From the human T2T-CHM13v2.0 reference genome, Homo sapiens: a stretch of 64,000 bases of DNA. Where the stretch lies: the NCBI RefSeq assembly GCF_009914755.1, contig NC_060925.1; one strand, written 5' to 3'. The notes below the pieces were generated by a model. It saw only the letters and a program-made list of their open reading frames with translations, was not told the origin of the DNA and did no database searches. A program made the translations under genes and the position numbers. Positions within the stretch are counted from its first letter, which is position 1, and each line of letters opens with the position of its first letter. Positions 59,200 to 64,000 of the stretch are shown piece after piece.

Positions 59200-59920
59200 A
59201 ACACTTTACTTTCTCTTACCTCCATATCCAGCAATCACCGAGGCTGATTCATTTCTGTCTTGTGACTATCCCTCTGTTCTGCCTTGTTTCTCCCCTCCCA
59301 TTCTCTTTCTCCATTCTCTGCTATAGCTGTCTCCAGTCCACTCCACTCTCCATTTCTCACACAATCCCTGGAAGGATCCTGCAGAAACTCAAATTTCACC
59401 CCACAACTCCCCGGGCTTAAATTTTCCAGTAGCCACTCACTGGCTACAGACTAAACTCTTGTGTGTGAAATCTAAACCCCTTTATGATGTGACTTCTGTC
59501 TTTCATCCACTAACCAGCAAAACCACATTATTGTAAGTTACACACACACACATACACACTCCTTCCCTCTCTCTTTCTCTCTCTCTCCTCTCTCTTTCTC
59601 TCTTTATGCCTCTATTCCCTCTTTCCAGACACACTTTCTTTTCCTTTTTGTCTGTCCTACCTTAAAATTTAGTTCCGTCTTCAAAAACCCCCTTCCCTGC
59701 CTATTCCCCAGTTCTGACTTAGGCCCTCTCCTATGTCTGCCCTGCAAACTTGTCATGCTTCCACCAGCACAAATGTTCTAAGCTATTCCAGTTCCTTGTC
59801 TATATGCCTGTTCCCCATTACCCTGTGTTCTGCCTGAGAATAAGGGCCATATCTTGCTCACCTTTGCAAGCCCAGTGTCTCACCCACTGACTGCCACAAA
59901 GTAAATACTCTTGTAAATAA
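59200..59920 (+). mobile_element. L2 fragments with a (CA)n(CT)n tract at ~59540-59605
   Basis: CCATATCCAGCAATCACCGAGG; GAATAAGGGCCATATCTTGCTCACCTTTG..AAATACTC tail. Confidence 0.55.
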
Positions 59921-60209
59921 ATATAAAATAAAATCCTAAATCAGCTCAACACGAGAAATTTGAAATGAGTCTTTAAAAAATCTTTTACATCGGGGATGGC
60001 CATAAAATTTCATTAATATGTTTCATCCAGATTAACCAATAAATGTCTCCCGTCATAGTGTGCATTGTTAGAAGATTAATTGGTTGTTAAGTTGGGTTTC
60101 CAAGGACACATGATGAGTCACCGACAGATGAGTAAGGCAGCACATACTCCTGGGATGAAAGAGCAAGGCGACAGCGTTGAGGTCTTGCACCATCTTCATG
60201 ACAGCAACA

Positions 60210-60430
60210 GTGGCCAGCTATTGGATGCTTACATCGTGAAAGCACTTTGTGTACCTTTTTAATTGAATTCTCACTATAACCTCATGAAGTAGGTGTTTCT
60301 ACTAGCTTCATTCCACATGTGAGAAGACTAAGGCCAGAGAGTATGAGTTTCTTACCTTCATACAGCCAAGAGGAAACAGAGCCAAGACTAAAACCCAGAT
60401 TTTCTGATTCCAAAGCCTATACCTCTAACT
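60210..60430 (-). mobile_element. MIR
   Basis: TTCTCACTATAACCTCATGAAGTAGG..GAGAAGACTAAGGCCAGAGAG..AACCCAGATTTTCTGATTCCAAAGCC. Confidence 0.7.
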
Positions 60431-60790
60431 GCTCTATTCTCTTAACTTACCCAGGATTGAGAACTCCTGGAGTGAGAGAGTCTTCAACATCTCAAAAGAG
60501 GTAGAGATAGAAGTAAAGAGAATAGTCCTGCTATGGAACCACAAAAATTAAACATTAAATTAAATTCAAAAGAAGAAGTAAAGAGAGAAAGATTGAGATT
60601 AGGATTTTAGGGAACACTGAAGTTTAGCCTGAGCATAATTAGATGTATTCTCCTTCATAAGAACCCCAAGCATGACTGAATGATGGTTATCAAGCGCGTG
60701 GAGATCTCTGTGTGTATGTGAGTGAAAATCTGAGGACTTTTCTGCCTGGGGTTTCAAAAAGTGCTTTTGAAAAGTGGTAATGTTTTAGCT

Positions 60791-60880
60791 CAGCGCTTCT
60801 CAGACTTGAATGTGCACAGGGATTACCTGAGATGGAGATCTTGTCAAAGTGCAGACTGAAGCCCGCTGCAGCAGAGCCCT
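60791..60880. mobile_element. MER5-like hAT-Charlie fragment
   Basis: CAGCGCTTCTCAGACTTGAATGTGCACAGGGATTACCTG..TCTTGTCAAAGTGCAGACT. Confidence 0.55.
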
Positions 60881-62239
60881 TGGGAGGGCCCGTCACCACT
60901 GACCTGTACAGACCCTCCGCTATGTGTGCCATTCACCCTCCCATGGCGGTGCTTCGCGAGAATGTTGGCTGTCTCAAGTGTTCTGTGCCTGAAGGGAGAA
61001 GGGACCTGCGCTTCATAAGTGATGCTTAGTTTTCTCCATATCTCCCTCCTATAGAAAACAGAAATCTGTGCATTTACCACAGTCATTCTGTGAAATAAGT
61101 AAACCCTCAAACCTGATTAGCCCACCGACCTCCAATGCTGGCTATTACTTCACGCTTTCATCACCCAGGAAAGTCTCCTGAAATAGAGGGGCCTGATAGG
61201 TGTTCCCTGAGCTGAAAAGCAGCTGAGTGTGGCGTCAGGGGCATGAGGGCAGGACCAGACACCAATACTGGGCACCCCGGCTCCTGACCAGGGCTCCGCA
61301 GCCTCCTCACCCTTGTGCTCCTTGGTGCTCCAGGGCAGGGCTTTCCTGCCAGGTGCAGCTGGGCCACTGCTCTGCTGGATGCACTGTACTCAAGTCCCCG
61401 ATCTGCTCCTAAGTGTCCCATCGAGGACAAGAGCCCTGCAGGCTTGCAGCAACGTCAGCCAGTTAATGCCACACCCTTCCCAGGCACTCCCTTCCACGTG
61501 GAGTCCTCCATGACCTCTGTGGACAGCACTGTTTTTTCCTCAGCTGAGGCTCTTCCTGCTATATCCTTCTTGCTTCTTGCAACATCCTCTCCTCCCACAC
61601 CCTCTGTTTCTATTTCCCTCCTTGAAATCTTTGTCCTGGTCTTTGCTTTTCCCTCGTACTTTTCAGTCATCCTTTCTCTAATGACACCAAAGACCGAGCC
61701 ATCTGGCCACAGGTGACCTATAGTTTGGGGCATAATTTGAGGCTATGGAATTCAAACATTCAGAGATCACAGGACGTTTTGAAGGGATAAATACTGGATG
61801 AGTTGCACCAAGGAATGGAGGAAGGAAAGATATATTTATTGAGTTCCAACTGCCCACTAGTCACGGGTGCTAGTTGTTTTCACTTGCTTACCTCTGAGAG
61901 GGAAATGGAAGCCCCAGGAGGCACAGAGGCTCACCGTGGTGTGCAGGGATTGCCTGCGGCCTTTGCTTCAATAACAGTAAATTCATCCTCTACACTTTGG
62001 CATATACATATGTTCTTGAGGGCTTCTTGGCTTCATGGTGACACCAGCAACATGTACCTGCTCTAAGTCTTAGTTTCATCCTCTGCAAAATGGGGCAATA
62101 ACAGTGTCTACTTCACATATTTAGCACAATATGTGGTTTATAATAAACACTTAATAGTACCAATTAGTACTATTGGTGCTGCTGCTGTGTTATCATCATT
62201 ATAACTGGTGCTCAAGACAAAATCATTACTAATAGGCTC

Positions 62240-62975
62240 CATTTGTTCATTCAACAAGTATTTATCGAGCACCTGATATGGTTTGGCTCTATGTACTCAC
62301 CCAAACTTCATCTTGAATTATAATCCTGTAGTTCCTACCTGTTGTGGGAGGGACCAAGTGGGAGATAATTTGAATCATGAGGGCGGTTTCCCCCATACTG
62401 TTCTCGTGGTAGTGAATAAGTCTCACAAGATCTGATGGTTTTATCAGGGGTTTCTGCTTTTGCATCTTCCTCATTTTCTCTTGCTGCCACCATGTAAGAA
62501 GTGCCTTTGGCCTCCTGCCATAATTCTGAGGCCTCCCCAGCCATGTGGAACTGTAAGTCCAACTAAACCTATTTTTCTTCCCAGTCTTGGGTATGCCTTT
62601 ATCAGCAGTGAGAAAATGGACTAATACAGCACTGAACTCTGTGCCAGGCGTTATCTGATGTAGAACAGTTACACCAGTCATGGAACTTACATTCTAGTCA
62701 GTGGGGGGAGAATAAATAAAGAAACAGGGCAATTTCTGGCAGTGAAAGGCACTCCAAAGGAACTAAAATTTTAAAAAATGGGCCGAAGAGGCTGGGGCTT
62801 CCAGTAGAGAGGGCTGCTTTGACTTGGGGTCAGGGAAAGCATTTCCAAGAAGCATGAGTGAGCCAAGACATGAATGATGACAAGGAGCCTGGCAAGCCGA
62901 GACCTAGGAAAGCGCACTCCAGCAACGGGAACGGCCAGCGAAAGGTCCTGAGATGGGAATGCACTTAGCATGTCA
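62240..62975 (-). mobile_element. L2 3' region interrupted by a THE1 LTR
   Basis: CATTCAACAAGTATTTATCGAGCAC | LTR | ..TGTGCCAGGC..ATGGAACTTACATTCTAG..AAAGGTCCTGAGATGGGAATG. Confidence 0.75.
62274..62628 (+). mobile_element. THE1A-like solo LTR
   Basis: TGATATGGTTTGGCT...GGACTAATACA, 355 bp; TSD GCACC / GCACT. Confidence 0.93.
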
Positions 62976-63044
62976 AATATGTTTCCCTAATTCCAGAAAC
63001 TTTCTTACATGAAGAAGGAAGAAGTAGTACTTACAGAGGCTACA

Positions 63045-63230
63045 GGCACAGACTCTGGAGCCAATACTGCCTGGTTTCATCTCCAGACTGTGACCTTGAG
63101 AACGTTATCCAACCCTCTATGCCTGTTTCCTGATCTGCAAATTAGGAAGATGATAGTGAATATGAAATTAATTACACATGAAAGTAGTTAGAACTGCTCT
63201 TGGCATGTAACAAGCAGAGAAAACTACTGC
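63045..63230 (+). mobile_element. MIR
   Basis: GACTCTGGAGCCAATACTGCCTGG..CTGTGACCTTGAG..TTTCCTGATCTGCAAA. Confidence 0.65.
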
Positions 63231-64000
63231 TGTTATAATTGTGATGAGTGTGTAATGAATAGATATAAATCACTTGAACAATTCCTGGAAATAATAAGCA
63301 GTCAACAAGAGTTAGCTGTTGTTATTGGAGCCTAGCACCTTGTGGGTTTTCGACAGGGTACACACAGAATGAGGGGATCCCTTTGTTTCCTTGTGACGCC
63401 CTTCCATTTTGATCAGTGTAGTGGAAGGATTCAGCACATCATTTTACCATTTAACTTAAACATGTATCAATATAATCTCTGTGGTCAGGGTGACTTTCAT
63501 TTATCATTAGGTCTGCCTTTCTGAATGCAAATAATCCTTTAAAAAATAAAAGAAAAAAACCAGAATTACAAAATTTAGGGTGTTATTTTAGAAACCAACC
63601 ACTTTTTGCCCAATGATTTAACTACTGTTTCCTTATTGCTAACTTGCAAAGAGTGGACGTAATTTCTTTATTTCCTTCATCATTTCCTGAAGCTACTCAT
63701 TCCTTTAGGAGGTGAGGTGCTGGGGAGAGAAGGTCAGTTCAACTTTGGTCACCATGGAGTTTGGGCTGGTTTCAACTGCTTCCCATCAATGTTTTTCTGG
63801 CTTCTGTAAGTTATTACCTATGGGCTATTGGCCCTGGAGACACCATAGTTCATGGCTCACATGGTTTGTTCCCATGCCAGTCAGAAAGTGCAGATTCTCC
63901 CAAACAACCATCAAGAACTGGGTGTTATGGACTCAGGCCAAGAGGGTTCCAGCTGAGGCTACTATGGTGCAGGTCTACATTAGCAGGAGACCCTGGTGGT

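Overview
Primate (human-like) non-coding, AT-rich genomic DNA, intergenic or deep intronic, dominated by interspersed repeats. I find no CpG island, no recognisable cellular protein-coding gene, no tRNA/rRNA/snRNA and no CRISPR. Nearly all long ORFs in the track are decayed transposon ORFs or their antisense shadows. The main elements are: a full-length but inactivated L1PA (about PA5-7, minus, ~12.52-18.66 kb) inside an old L1M; an ERVL internal segment (integrase plus dUTPase) with its MLT2 3' LTR; a complete THE1A MaLR provirus inside an L1MC; a near full-length Tigger1; five Alus; several truncated L1s; MLT1, LTR16 and THE1 solo LTRs; MER81 and MER5; and many MIR, L2 and CR1 relics. I see no convincing novel biological system. 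The most unusual signal is a set of short fold-back or template-switch scars, where a local reverse-complement copy replaces consensus TE sequence (~12.38, 13.05, 16.92, 22.76, 24.74 and 56.5 kb, possibly 43.3 kb). There are also exon-like splice signals on both strands that could belong to lncRNAs. Subfamily names and consensus comparisons come from memory of Repbase/Dfam consensus sequences and need RepeatMasker confirmation. Boundaries of old repeats are approximate.
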